From assembly GCF_006345805.1 (NCBI RefSeq), contig NC_042999.1:47492001-47556000 (forward strand): DNA of 64,000 nucleotides, read 5' to 3'. The notes under the pieces were generated by a model. The model searched no databases, was not told where the DNA came from, and saw only the letters and a program-made list of their open reading frames with translations. The translations under genes were made by a program, and so were the position numbers. This DNA comes from Octopus sinensis (lineage: Eukaryota). Positions 40,190 through 54,684 of this stretch are shown here, one piece after another; position 1 is the stretch's first letter, and every line of letters starts with the position of its first letter.

Positions 40190-43100
40190 TATAAAATATG
40201 ATATATCTAACCATATAACAAGAAAGTGAGAGAGAACAGTGGGAAAGATACATAGAGAAATGTGGTGGGTGATGCATGTGTATCTTTGGGATTGTGCTCT
40301 TCAGTAAACAATTAAAGTGACACAGATATTGAGGAAAAATTACTTCGATGCCACTATACGAATACCGACTGCAGTAGAAATATTTGCATAGGCTTTTATC
40401 GTTGTTTTCGGCAAGAATATTTTTATCGATAAAAATTCTTTTATTTCTTAGTTCTATTATGTGTTCCATTCATTGACTTACGGCCATGTTCTCACACCAC
40501 GTGGAAACGTTTAGTCGATCAAATCGACCCTTGTTACTAACATTTTTATTTGTTTTTTAAATCTGGTAAAATTTTATCGTTGAACTGCGAACTTAAAATT
40601 ATGTAAGCAAACGAAAAGGTTGACAAGTAGTAAGAAGCGACGATAAAGACGCACACGCCCACACATGAACATTCATATACAACATGGGTTTCTTCAGGTT
40701 CCAAAAAAGTACTCATAAAGCAATGTTCCGAAGATACACTCCTGAACGTAATGCACGAGATTGCTAAGTGGATTTGTAATCCACACAGTCAGTGATGAAT
40801 TGTTCAAGAATTGAAACCAGATTTTTGAATACCAACACATTGTCAGTAATATAGTTAATCACTTACTCTCTAAGGAATTTCTATGTGGTAACTCGACATT
40901 CTGCGAACAGAAGTTGACAAGTGGTTAGAAGCGAAGGTAAAGACGCAAACACACACACTTGGTTGCAAAATAAAAAACACATTAAACTGCAGACAAATTT
41001 ACACTGTACAATGTTATCAAACATAAGCTATGCTTTAATAAACTAGTGGGCTTGTGCTATATAAATGTCTTTGATCATATGTTTGATCGATCAGGACTGT
41101 CATTGACTTAGCACTAAAAAATAACCAAAAAATATCAATCAAATTCACTCATTTATAGAAGGAGAGAGTGTTTACCTTATACAAAATAATACTTCTGAAT
41201 TCAATGTGTGCATATACTGACAGAGAGAAAACACCACGTCACTAACCGTGGTCTTGTTACGTCTACAAGAGGGTCTCCATATAATTAAGAACTGTTACTG
41301 ATTTTTCTTTATAACACCTTACATAAAACTCGGTTTTCGGTGTTGCTAGATATAAATAACGATTAGATAAATAGGTACATCATTGTGTTAGCAGAAACAG
41401 AGAGCGAAGGTAGATGGAAAATAAGATGAATTCAATAAGTAATTAGAGTTGAGATATTCATCGAAAGAGGGTGAAATGAAGAGAGTGCAAGTGGGAGGGA
41501 AGATTAAAGAAGATTTTCTGAGATTTCAAAACACTGACAGGGTTCGGGATTCAGTGAAACGGCGATGAAGGAAAAAATATTTGAATATTTAACTTGAAGT
41601 TTGGAATAAGAACATTTGGTCGAAATCTAGATAGATGGGCAACAGTTATGAATATATTTATAACGTATGTCAGAATTACATGAGCACATATATAAAGAAA
41701 AAGACAATTTAAGTCACTTACAGCAATTGAGTGCTATCTCTATCAATGAATTGCTTAAACAAGAGAACCAAGTTATTTGTGTCATTTCAAGAATGAAAAT
41801 GTTAGTTTTTTATATGAATTGGTGTTTTTGCTGATATCAGCTCCAGAGAAGAAGCGACATTACTAAGGGATTTTGGCCGTGAATATCCCGCATTTTCGGA
41901 TATATTTCACCTTAGATTTCATTATCAAACTTTTAAAAATGCAGTTGGATAGTTCTTGAGGAAGATTTGGTTGCTTTTTCCAGAGAAGCAAGAAATTTGC
42001 ATGACATTATCGAAGTGGTTCGAAAGATTAAAATAGGAACCTGTGAAGAATATAATTTCAGCGGAGAATAAATTTACGTTGCACACTGTTTACAGAAAGG
42101 CAGATACAAATCTGTAACGTTTTATTCCAATATTTATGTATCTGCCTAAAAAAAACAAAAAACAAATAAACAAAGCTAATATTATAATACGCAGACCTCT
42201 TTCCGTAAGTATGTGTGATCACTCTCAAGTAATTCTATCTCGAGGCACTTCTCGTGATTATCCCCAAGCGAAATCTGAAGTGTAGTCATCACTTCAATTA
42301 TTGATACTAAGCCGACAAAATCTGATTATTGAGCTGCTATATTGACCATTAAAATCCTAGTAAGCAGTCTTTAGTTTCTGTTTCGAGAGGGACACTTCGA
42401 TGTTGGCCTTTCTTTAGCATCTGCCATTAAGCAGTCTATTGTTGACTGAGTGTATTATTTTTATGTACTGAGGCAGTAGAAATTTGTATGCAATGCTGGC
42501 TACCAATACACGTTTCGCACGTTCTAACACAAAATAAAATTCCTATCAGTATTCGTTAATAAAATGGACTAAATTGTTAAGAGCCTTCGTATAACATGAT
42601 ACGTATATCACATATTCCCACCGGCATTCACATATAATCACACATATATTATCCATTCATTCTGGAGTGAGAATAATCGATCTAAGATCTGTAAATCCTG
42701 GTCATTAGTTTCAAGCTAGCTCTTTATCTTTCTACGCGTAACTTGCTTCCTTGAGAGAACATGACGTAATGATACGTACAAAGGCAAAATTCAGCAATTC
42801 TTATTCATTGCTAAAACACGTCAACTACAAAAATATATGTCGCGGAGTGTAAAGTGAATTGTACCCAACATCGAATATGTATATTCTTGCTAGATATTCT
42901 AGTGATCTAAAGAACTAAATGGAGAAAGAGTGAGATAGAACGAGAGAGAGAGAGACACAGACAGACAGGTATACAGACAGACAGAGGAGAGATGCGGAGG
43001 TGGAGGAAGATCAATCGAACTTTTGCGCCATTATTTAAGTTGAGACTTTTATCCAAAACAACAGATTAAAGGCCAGTTAAATGAGCGACAGTTGTGAATA

Positions 43101-43429
43101 TTACAATTTATATGTACCATCGGGGCATGACTATAAATATTCTGCGAGCAGAATCGTTAGAGTCATCTATATAAATACTGAATGAATTTTTCATTTGATT
43201 TGTGTATAGGTTTAGCCTACAGACGCAAAATTTTAATCAAACTCCACGAAGAAAGGGTACAATAATGAGTGCATACTATATGTGGTCGCTTAAAATTATA
43301 GGCCTTCCAACATAATAATTATGATATATATGAATGAGATACACGCGCATATATATATATACACACTTACTTAAACACTCATCTCCGTACACACGAGCAT
43401 GCCCACGCATTTATGTGTGTATGCGTGTG

Positions 43430-43475
<46 letters not shown>

Positions 43476-43619
43476 TGTATATACATATATATATATATAT
43501 ATCTGTTTATACATATATATGTATATACATATATTTATATATAAATAAATATACATATGTATATATATACATATATATAATACATATATACATACATGCA
43601 TATATATTACATATATATG

Positions 43620-44400
43620 AATTATTAAGGAATATAAATTATAAACTATTAAAGTGGCTATTTGTAATTTGCAATCAAAAATGTTCTTTATTAAACCTTG
43701 CACGAAAACCGAGAAACCAGTGGTTAAAGAGGTCCAAACTGTGGAAGATGCACCAACCTAATGGAAGGCTCGGGGTTCCAATTCAAATAACAAGAGGGGC
43801 GCACAATTAAGACCAACTTTACTTGTGCATCGGAGAATTTAATTATTTTCATAACTTGTTCATGTTGTGAACATAAATATATAAGACAGAGAAGTATGGC
43901 ATTTAGACGGAGAACAACACTACATAAGGAAGATATCAATTTCCCAAAGTATAGACAGATACTTTTGAGTGAACACACAGAGACATGTACAGAGAACATC
44001 TAACTAAATTTCACAGTTTTCCCCATCTACCAGTGCAAAGAAATAATTCCTGTAAAAGTAAGTATAAATAAAGAAAATTTACTTATCGAAAAATACAGAA
44101 TACGCCTAATGCGTAACCAACTTTCGTTTCAGTGTATATTTAATTCATGGTCACTATACGTTATTCATCTCATTACTTTAGTTTATGACTTTTTGCGTGG
44201 TTATGTATACCACCACAAAAATAACCAATTACCTCCCCTCTTCCGAGTAAAAATCATCACCAATTACATCCACTTAGATTTTTCTATTTGTTGATTCATT
44301 CACAAACCTTCATACAAGAACATGGACTAAAATCTTCTTAGTAAAATATGAAATGACAATGGTTAGCGAAAGTGAAACCGGTCGACAACAACAATACACT
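43620..44400 (+). mobile_element. PLE remnant (CxxC linker, GIY-YIG, pLTR-like tail), related to the element at 62826
   Basis: RGPNCGRCTNLMEGSGFQFK...IKTNFTCASENLIIFITCSCCEHKYIRQRSMAFRRRTTLHKEDINFPKYRQILLSEHTETC...FTVFPIYQC...NKENLLIEKYR. A gaaaccggtc remnant lies at ~44374. Confidence 0.88.
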
Positions 44401-44947
44401 TTCATTTGAAATACATTAAAACAATATAAGCTATGTGAATTTTCCATCGCTTACTTTGTATATACTTGTTTTGTATTACAACTCCCCACATGGTGATAAT
44501 CAGAATTCTCTTCCGCCTTTTCTTACTATATATATATATGTGTGTGTGTGTGTGTATGTGTGTGTTTCTGTGTGTGTGTCTGTGTGTGTGTATGTGTGTG
44601 TGTGTGTGTGTAAAAAGAAAACCGAAGAAGTCTTTGACATACAAAAGCGCTGTGTAATGCTTGCGGAGCACCGTTAATAATACATCTTCGAGTCAGGACT
44701 TACTTCTGTTTCACATATATAGAATTAAAAGTGTTTGGCTTTGCTGTTTCTTCGTTAACAAATATATTGATTTGAATATATATCATTTTTTATACTCAAG
44801 AATCCTACTAATATTTATATTAGCAGCAAATACACACAATTACTTAGGAATAATGAAAAAGTACATAGCAGTGACTTGTTGGAAACGAACTACATCTTGT
44901 TAACGTCGAACTGTCTTATAATTTCTCGCGATACACTGTCCAACAGA

Positions 44948-45745
44948 GCGGTGAGATGGCAGAAACATTAACACGCGGGCGAAATGCTGAGCGGAATCTC
45001 ATCTGCCGCTACGTTCTGAGTTCAAATTCCGCCGAGGTCGACTGAGCCTTTCATCCTTTCGGGATCGATTAAATAAGTACCAGTTATGCAGTGGGGTCGA
45101 TATAATCGCCTTAATCCGTTCGTCTGTCCTTGTTTGTCCTTTCTGTATTTAGCCCCTTGGGGGTAGTAAAGAAATAGATATTTCGTCTCTCTTTACGTTC
45201 TGAGTTCAAATTCTCTCGAGGTCGACTTTGCCTTTCGTCTTTTCGGAGTCGATGAATTAAGTACCAATTGCGTACTGGAGTCGACCTAATCAACTGGCCC
45301 ATTCCCCCCAAATTTCGGGCATATATGAGGCATATATAAGGCGGCGAGCTTGCAGAATAGTTGGCAGATGGGGCTAAGTAGTTAGCGGCATTTTGTCACT
45401 GTTTTACATTCTAGTTCAAATTCCACTGAGTTTTACTTTGCCTCTCATCCTTTGGGAGCCGTTAAAATAAGCAGTATTTGAACAGTGGGGTGATGGAATC
45501 AACTTAATCCCTCTCCCGAATTTGCTAGCCTCCTGCGAGAAATTCGAAGCCTATATACATGTACATAAAGCCGACGGGCTGGCTGAATCGTTAGCACTTT
45601 GGTCAAAATGTTTGGAGTCATTTCATCTCACCGAGGTCGACTTTTCCTTATATCATTTCGAGGTCAATAAAATAAGTACCAGTTGAAAACTGGGGTCCAT
45701 GTATTTGTTTTAACCCTACCCATGTACAAAAATTTGAAATCAATA
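44948..45745 (+). mobile_element. Head-to-tail cluster of about 4 SINE copies (same family as 19852)
   Basis: The core gaggtcgact..gcctttcatcctttcggg.tcga..aa.taagtacca recurs at ~45034, ~45218, ~45428 and ~45633 with increasing decay. Confidence 0.85.
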
Positions 45746-46207
45746 TCGGACACGTATACGCGTATAAGTTTTGCATATATGTATAAACACGTATATTTGC
45801 ATGCTTATAAATATTCGACGAAAAAGAAGAGCACACTATCTGATGCATACTCAGGCAAGTTCATTACTCTTCTTTTTTGCACTATGTACATTCTGACTAA
45901 CGTACGGCACACACAGGAGTTTGTGAACGAATATGAGTACGTATATAATGGTAAAGACGAACATTTCCGCAGCAGACAAATGACAGTGACTTGTTACTTT
46001 AAATCTTCCGGCAATAATTATATTTATATTTATGATGCTTACTATAAAAGCTTTCATTAATTTCTTTATTTTGTTGTTCTTTTGTGAAGCGCCTCTATGT
46101 TACATCAACATCAAAAGTTATCAGTGAATAAATATTACTTTTCCATTGATACATCCAACAACAGTTTTAAATCAATAACTTATTTCTGAAATAAAATCGG
46201 TTTGATG

Positions 46208-46252
<45 letters not shown>

Positions 46253-47474
46253 CACACGCAAGCACACACGCTCATACTGGAAAATGTAACACTGAGAAAA
46301 TTCGTTCTAAATTCAAGAAAAAATTAAATATTTTTGATATTAAACTCTGGGAATTTGTCCAATATGATAGGCTGCATATATTATTTTAAGCATCCTTATT
46401 GATAGATTTCAAAGAAAGATACTATCTACAAGAAAATTGCAGTTCCTAATTCTTATGCCAACGGATATTTTTGTGAATTATATCTTTGATTTTGTTTTCC
46501 ATATTTTATGAATAAATAATAAACATTACTGGATCTGCTATATATTCGAATAAATTAATATTCAATGAATAAAAATGTAATAATATCTAACATTATTATC
46601 AATGATATTTTGATAAAAGTAGATCCTACAACCCATTAAGCAATAGCATTACTATACACTGTGGAAAATCTATTTCCATCTCATCGCCTTGAGGAAATAT
46701 GGAATATTCATCGTTATATTTTATCTACCATGCTAATAATATGCCTATGAGTACTTCTATTTGAAATGCGTCATAGGTTAATTTTGCCTTTCAGTCTCAT
46801 GTATAAAATAAGTGAAGTACCACTTAGATATAGAGGAAGGCGCTTCTGACTCTACGCCCAACAAAATGCCCTCTCGTAAGAAACAAATGCGACCTCCGTG
46901 TTCCCTTCGCTCGTGTATTCTAATTTTGCCTACAAGCAACGTATGCATTAGTGCATCAAGGATGTTTACTATTCTTTATGTCGCTGTTCGTTCTTTGATA
47001 TGTGGCTGTTCTTCTACCAATAGTAAGTGAATCGCTCCGCAGTTCACTCTCGTGTGTCATTGACAACTATGGTAGTCCTGTAAAATGGAGATCTCTACAG
47101 TTTAAGTTTAAAGCAATGACATAATTTAGATAAATCTAATGACTTTTGTGATCAGTGTACTTACTCAATGATAATTCCAGTCAAAACAACAACAAAACAA
47201 ATATAAATTCTACATATTGTTCAAGCTCTCAATACGGCTTGCTGTTTTCAGTATGAACTAGTCATCCCTCAACAAACAAATAACTTAAAAGTTGTCGAAT
47301 TTGCAACCGTGTATATCTAACAAATTCTGACGGACATATAGTAATCATATATTACCATTAGTGGTACTGTTTGAACATTTTGCGCGTTTTATTGTATTCT
47401 TCATAATTTATAAGAAATAGCCAATTTCAAGCACGCATAAATTACCGATATTTTCAAAAATAGAGAATATTTAA

Positions 47475-48255
47475 CTTTTCTGGCGAATATCCAAAATGGT
47501 TTCCTTAGAAATCAAAAAACAAAAAAAAAATCGAAGTGAGAATAAATTGAAGGTTTAATTTATTTATACCAATAATACCTTTAACTCTGTTACATATATA
47601 CACGGATATAATAATATTCAATAACAGTTCAAATCCATCATTACGATGGATATAACGTGACAATAATTTTATTAAATTAGAAACAACTCGTGTGCAAAAT
47701 ATACCAGCACTGTATGCCAATACCCGTAGGGAGTCAAAATGTTTTCGTCCCGCTGAGTACTTTATATAATCTACCAAGTCATTCTACACAGAACTGCATT
47801 TTTTACATCAAACTACTGCAAATATTGTTTCACTATATTTATTATGTTCCTAAACTATTGTTTGCTACAGTATGCGTCACTGTGCAATGTTTCAAAGGGA
47901 GAAAATATTTTCCTTTTCAAAAATAGCGAAAGCTCAGCTTTTCTGGTGAATACCCAAAATAGTTACCTAAGAAAAAAAATCGAAGTGGGCACAAATTGAA
48001 AATTTAATTTATTTATAGAAATAATACTATTATGTGATTACAAATGTAAATGAATGTAATAATATTCAATAACAGTTCAGATCCACCATTACGATGGGCA
48101 TAACGGGACACAAATTCCTTCGATTTAGAAAGAACTCGTGTGTAAATCATGCCAGTGCTTCGTATATTTCTATATGTCAAACCTCGCAGCGATTCAACAT
48201 GTTTTCGTCCCACTGGATAATTCATATAATCTACTAGCCATTCTACACAGTACTA
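47475..48255. repeat. Diverged tandem duplication (~320-bp unit, ~460-bp period)
   Basis: cttttctgg.gaata.ccaaaat..aaatcgaagtg..aataatattcaataacagttca.atcca.cattacgatgg..aactcgtgtg..atgttttcgtccc.ctg..cattctacacag at 47475-47795 and 47938-48255. Confidence 0.9.
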
Positions 48256-48741
48256 TTTACTTAACTATCAATATTAAATAATTTCGTTCCTTTATAATTT
48301 CATTTTATTAGAAAGCATTTCAATTTTAGCGAATGGAGAACAATTTCAGCTTCTATTTTTACAAAGTAAACACTTTTACATTGATGGAAACAGCAGAGCC
48401 AATGCCAACATAGAGAATATTACAGTTCTTACAATTTAATATATATTTTTATACTTCTGTAAAATATTTGTACAAAATATTACATTCCCAATTTTCATTG
48501 ACATTTTTTCATTGGAAATTTTACGCTTCAAGTTTTATCATTTAACTTTGAAACAATTTTCACTACGCAACTATATCAATGGCTTGAAGTAACGAGAGAA
48601 AAAATTAAATGCTGTAGGTAAAGGATGTGGGAATATAAACAGGAAATAAAAGAAAGTGTAAGACAAAAGCGTTTGGAAGATGAACGAGCACGGACTTGCA
48701 AGGCTTCTATAGTATCACAACGACAATGTCAACATTTAAAG

Positions 48742-48780
<39 letters not shown>

Positions 48781-48847
48781 TACAGAACATAGCCACCTAA
48801 ACAGAGAGCATTTTATATTCGATAGCATGTAGAATAGGCAAGGAGAG

Positions 48848-48919
48848 TAATAATAATAATAATAATAATAATGTTAATAATAATATAATAATAATGATAA
48901 TAATGATAATAATAATAAT

Positions 48920-48999
<80 letters not shown>

Positions 49000-49013
49000 T
49001 AATAATAATGATG

Positions 49014-49067
<54 letters not shown>

Positions 49068-49080
49068 TAATAATAATAAT
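48848..49080. repeat. (TAA)n microsatellite
   Basis: Direct reading. Confidence 0.95.
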
Positions 49081-49081
49081 A

Positions 49082-49262
49082 GCTGAAGACTAAAACAATA
49101 CCTGTTGTCATAGGTGACCTGGGAATGATAGCGAAAGGGACTGATTGCTACCTAACTCAGATACCAGGAAACCCCAAAATGGCAGAAATTCAAAAGATAG
49201 TGCTCATGGGAACTGCTCATATCCTACGCAAAATACTCTCTATGTAATCCCATGGTTTTTTT

Positions 49263-49293
<31 letters not shown>

Positions 49294-49443
49294 TTTTTTG
49301 CATTAGACATTCACTAGTACAACACCAAAAAAAAAAAAAAAACCCAAATATATGGCACAGAACTTCCAACCTGTTGTCTCTTGAGGTCTCTGGGTGAGAC
49401 TTGGAGCTAACTTGTACAGACATAAAGCAAAAGTCAAACGTAG
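49082..49443 (+). mobile_element. R4/Dong-type LINE 3' end in (TAA)n
   Basis: Intact frame LKTKTIPVVIGDLGMIAKGTDCYLTQIPGNPKMAEIQKIVLMGTAHILRKILSM*, then a 3'UTR, with (TAA)n on both sides. Confidence 0.92.
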
Positions 49444-49490
49444 AATAATAATAATAATAATAATAAAATAATAATAATAATAATAATAAT

Positions 49491-49777
49491 AAGAAGAAGA
49501 AGAAGGGGAAGAAGAAGAAGGGGAAGAAGAAGAAGAAGAAGAAGAAGAAGGGGAAGAAGAAGAAAAAGAAGGAGGAGAAAAAGAAGAAGAAGAAGAAGAA
49601 GAAGAAGGGGAAGAAGAAGAAAAAGAAGGAGGAGGAGAAAAAGAAGAAGAAGAAGGAGAAGAAGAAGGGGAAGAAGAAGAAAAAGAAGAAGGAGGAGAAA
49701 AAGAAGAAGAAGAAGAAGAAGAAAAGAAGAAGAAGAAGAAGAAGAAGAAGAAGAAGAAGAAGAAGAAGAAGAAGGAG
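49491..49777. repeat. Pure-purine (GAA)-derived tract with a ~57-60-bp higher-order period
   Basis: Only A and G for ~285 bp. The unit aaaagaaggaggagaaaaagaagaagaag...ggggaagaagaag occurs about 3 times. Confidence 0.9.
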
Positions 49778-50371
49778 TGTAACAAAATAGAATAATCGAT
49801 GATAAGAAGAAAATAATTAACAGAATATCGAACACTACGAGTAAGTCTCATTAAAAACAAACTATTGCCCAAGTTTCAAAATATTCGGGCAAGAATATAG
49901 TAATTGAAACATGGTCATAATTCGATGATAAGACATCAGAACGAACAAGTTGTTATAGATTCGTAGAGAGGATGAGCGTATCATATCCTCGTAATGACAC
50001 TTTGCGATTCAAGAAGGAGCCGCAAAAAATCTTACTCTCCAGCCTTATCCCAATGAATTCCGACTAGTATTAAAATATCAATAACGCGTACACGTTTAAT
50101 TTCAGTAAAAAATAACCGAAAATATATTTCCGCAGTTAACTTTACAGTATTTTGTGCAACCACTAAAAACACTTGAATGAAATAATAGGGCCTTAATTTT
50201 TATTTATTTATTTATATATTTATTTATTTCATTTCATGGAAATTTACGCTATGAAACACACATTTACATATGTATATGCATACCCTTATATATGCGTATA
50301 TAAATGTAAATATACGTGTGTGTATGCGTGCATGTCTATATATATATATATATATTATATATATATATATA

Positions 50372-50699
50372 GGAGACTCCCTTCGGTCACGAATGACCAT
50401 GGTATTGCACCTAGAAAGTTACCCTCCAAGGCACAAGCCCGGGCAAGGTTGTTTATGGAAGACCAGCAGTCATCCATGCATACGAGCCTCCCCACTCACG
50501 CCACCAGTGTTATTCAAAGTGAAGGCAAAGGCCGATACAGCTTGGCACAAGTGACGTCGCACCTCATTTCTACAGCGGAGTTAACTGGAGCAACGTGAAA
50601 TAAAGTGTCTTGCTCAAAAACAAAACACGGAGCCCGGTCAGAGATCCGAACTCCCGGTCGTAAGATCGACGCTTTAACCACTGAGCTATGCGCCTTCAC
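50372..50699 (-). mobile_element. Near full-length tRNA-head CORE-type SINE
   Basis: Minus strand gaaggcgcatagctcagtggttaaagcg (A box) ... ttgagcaagacactttatttcacgttgctccagt (CORE-like) ... tail ggtcttccataaacaaccttgcccgg. Confidence 0.85.
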
Positions 50700-53654
50700 A
50701 TAGAGCTTATATAGTATGAATATATATATATATGAGAGGGTGTTTGTATTTGTGTGTCTGTGTGTTTGTGTGTGTGTTCACCCTCCAGTAATCAAATGTG
50801 TGAACTCTGCTTATTTCACATGTGCTGTGTAATAGTTCACATATGGAATCTGTTCAAATGTAGCTTACATTATATGTGCCTTAGCGTGTGGTAAGGTATC
50901 AGTCACATACAACACGATACAAATGAATGAGACTCATTTGATCAGGCTTATTATCGTCCGTACAAATATTCTTCGTTCTCCCCAACAGGTTAGCTACCGC
51001 GCACACACGCACTCACGCAGACACATTCAGACATACACACACACATACACAAGCACCCATTCTTTCAATCAGCGTTTATTCATACTATATAAGCTCTATT
51101 AGCAAAAATATTGTTGGTGTTATATGAAGAAGGCCAATACATCCTTATCTCTATTTGATTCATATATATTTCGAAAATTACAACCTAAACAAAATTTATC
51201 TAGAAGGAACTTATTCCATTTGATTGTATTCCATTTAATTCTATTTAATTATATGTATTTCAAATCTGGCGTTGCGGTCACCGTCGTAAATTTTTATCAT
51301 GTGTTGGCACAGCTATGGGAAGCGAGGGCATGTTTTTCGTGAAAGACATGTAATTGCCCATGTATGCATAACTCCGATTCAAGTCCACCGATTTATACCT
51401 AATATTACGGGTTGACGATTTGAGCCGATACCGCGAGACACCACTGTCATTTGAGGAGTTACATTCGAAAGCAGGTGAATAGGGAAAGATACCGCAAGAT
51501 ATCACGTATAATATTCCACAGATATGCGACACCCCAAAAGTAATTTTTTACTGATTCGATAGCTGTCATAAGAAGGCAAGGCAAACTTGCTATTCGTGGG
51601 ATTTTATTTACATCATGCATTAGCGAGAGCCAGAACAATTAACGCGGGGCACCGTATCGGTGATTATGTCGACTTTGGTAATATGGCGCGATAATATTTT
51701 CTGAAGATATGGAATAACATATACGCTTTGATATATTTATTATATATAAAGTGGATTTTAGAAATAGCTCATCCCTAGGAAAAGACTGCTATATCCTTTT
51801 TAAACCGGCTTGGAAAGAAGTCAAGGAAAGATGAATGTTTATCTACGTTCCTATATAGTTTTATATTTTTCTGTCTTTGTTAGTCCTGTTTTTAGTCGTG
51901 CGTACACTTATATTTTTCGGTAATTAGGATATGAAGCAAACAAATTAAATTTGGCATTTATTTTTAGTAAAATTTTTTTCGCCCAGCAGAACATGTATTT
52001 TTCTTTTTATTCGGCCCAATGCGTGACCCACGTGTGATTATGTGGAACGTTATATAATGTGTTCTTGTTTATCGATGACATTTTCAGTTGTACCATCCAT
52101 ATTTTTTCCTGATATGTTATATATAATATTACATTAGCCGAAGTATTTTTTTCTTAATGATAGATCGTGAGTGATGTAGATTTGGTTACTATTTCTGAGA
52201 TCATTTGTTAGGGAAATGGAGGAAACGGCAGAAACGAATGTTTAGTAAAGAAAATATCTTCGAGTAATTAGCCATATTCCTCTACCGTCTGAATTCAAAT
52301 TACTCTAATATTAACGTTATCTTTCACCGGTGAGTTCATAGAATGTCGATAAATTCAATTGCCATGAAGAGCGAATTGACTAACAATTTGAATACTTAGT
52401 ATTCAACGGAATATATGGAAAGATGAAAGTATTTTCTTTCTTTCTACTCTTCGCAGTAATTGAATTTATTCATATTCAATAAATTCTCCTTTGGAATAAT
52501 AGTTGCGGATATAGTCACTCACCAGCTTCCACTGATTCCAGACTACACGTTACCTAGGTTTCCTACAATAGCTGCTAAATAACGGGAAAATATCTGTAAG
52601 AAGCTTTCATTCAATCAGCTGTACACATAATTTAATACGTTACGTTTTACAAACGCATTATCACCGAGTTCAGCATATATACAAAGAATCAGATGTAAAG
52701 AAAGAACCCTTAAGAAGTAATTCAATTCTTTGAGAATGTCACCCCCTTAATGTCCCTGAAAAACGCTTTACGACAGTGATGCAGCAAGTTGAAAAGATAT
52801 GCATTTGCCACATAGGGTTGGTGGAAAGTGATGGTTAATAACATCTGGTGTATCGCGGCGGTTGATTATAAATTTGTCTAATGAGGACAAATGAGAAATA
52901 TTTTTTCCTTTGTGGCATGAACGCATGCTACGCCATTGCTTTAATGATTTTACAAATTGGCCGCACGGGATAAAATACCAGTCATATATTGTACATGGTA
53001 GAAACAATTACATTTCTTATTCGATGTTAGCTTCATCTTACGCTAAATAATGCAGGAAACAAAAACTGAAAGCGAATTTATACGCGTATTTATATGGCCC
53101 CACTATGCTTCCTCCCTTTCCTTCTCCCACTCGCTCACTTTTTCCTCACCTGCGCATAAATAATTCCATTTTACAATTCTGTTTTATTTCAAACATTGGA
53201 CTTCATATATGATTGAACAACACAACACATCATTCCAGGATATATGATGAACAGCTAAGTTACGATATGTGGAAAGACCAAAAACACACTATCAGCTTTA
53301 AGATCGCTATAGACATATGCGTATATACTTTGATCTAAATGAATATTTATTGAAACTTAAGCGAAGAAAGTTATATACTAAATGAATTTACGTTAAATTC
53401 TGTTTTCTTACTGACATTTCACTACGCATGCAACTGATATATATACGAGCCATTCAACAACATTTCCCTTATTCAAATACAACCCACATGTTCTTACATA
53501 ATTATTCATCGTATTACAACATAAATGTATTTTCTGGATATCTTTCATAGAGTTCGAATTCTGTTTCCTTTCACTACTCCTATAATCGAAAGAACTAATA
53601 CTAAATCACGATCCAAAGTATTGTGGGTTCAGCTACGCGAACACACACACACGC

Positions 53655-53685
<31 letters not shown>

Positions 53686-53875
53686 GGGGAGAGTTAACGA
53701 AAAAAAAAAGACTTAGACAGGTGGTGTACAAAACAAACAGATATATTAGTATAATGCTCAGGAATTGAAAAAGTCCTTTACGCTTCGAGCCTACGCTCTT
53801 CTACAGAAAGGGACACAGAAAAAAACAAGGAGAGAAACAAAGAGAGAAAAAAATGGGTGTAGTGGCTACCGATCT
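53686..53875 (-). mobile_element. Short PLE-derived module with a degenerate hammerhead-like motif (53775-53812)
   Basis: Minus strand cttt-CTGTAGA-a-gagc-gtag-gctc-GAAG-cg-TA-aagg. Same gagc/gctc stem II as 34625 and 60549. Flanked by (TA)n and (CT)n. Confidence 0.6.
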
Positions 53876-53880
53876 TTCTT

Positions 53881-53959
<79 letters not shown>

Positions 53960-54543
53960 TCTGCGATATACATCAATAAAGTTGTTGCTCAAGCAAACTA
54001 CGACGAATTTAAAAAGCACGTCTCTATCATGGCTAGAGAGAGAAATTTTTAAGCACAAAGCGAAAGTGAACATATTTGTACTACATGCCATCTGGGGCCG
54101 CAAATATGATGTATAACATATCGTTCTCATTATTGTTGCAATTCCGACAACTTCATACAACAGTTCTCAGATTCGACGTTTTCCAGCTGTGATCATCACA
54201 TTACGTTTCCACTTTATAGAATATATTTAGTACTGAATTTTCTAATGTGTTCTCTCTCTTTATAGGAAGATTAAAGAGATATGATTGTTTAGACGCTCCA
54301 TTGTTGCTAATGTCGAAGATCTGGTTCTGATACAACAGGCTTAAGATGGAAGATATTCCAGTAGTGAAAACATTCCGAAAACAATCCAGCTGCGACAACT
54401 TACATACGTTCTACATTTCTATCTATCTATCTATTTATATATCTGGCGGTCTGTCTGTATGTCTCTTTGTGTTTGCATTACGGATGTGTGTAGGCACACA
54501 CGCACACACACACACACACATATATATACATATATATATATAT

Positions 54544-54591
<48 letters not shown>

Positions 54592-54621
54592 CATACATAT
54601 ATATATATACATATATAATAT

Positions 54622-54684
<63 letters not shown>

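Noticed and set aside
44350-44390. gaaaccggtc after the PLE remnant
   Set aside because: Probably a decayed pLTR hammerhead, but the 5' core and stems can no longer be recovered, so it is not counted.
51300-51710. CpG-richer unique stretch with a YY1-like AATATGGCG motif (possible promoter or first exon)
   Set aside because: A single short motif with no supporting ORF or splice structure cannot be supported from sequence alone.
54250-54330. Strong plus-strand splice acceptor (ttctctctctttatAG)
   Set aside because: All three frames stop within ~65 nt and there is no good donor.
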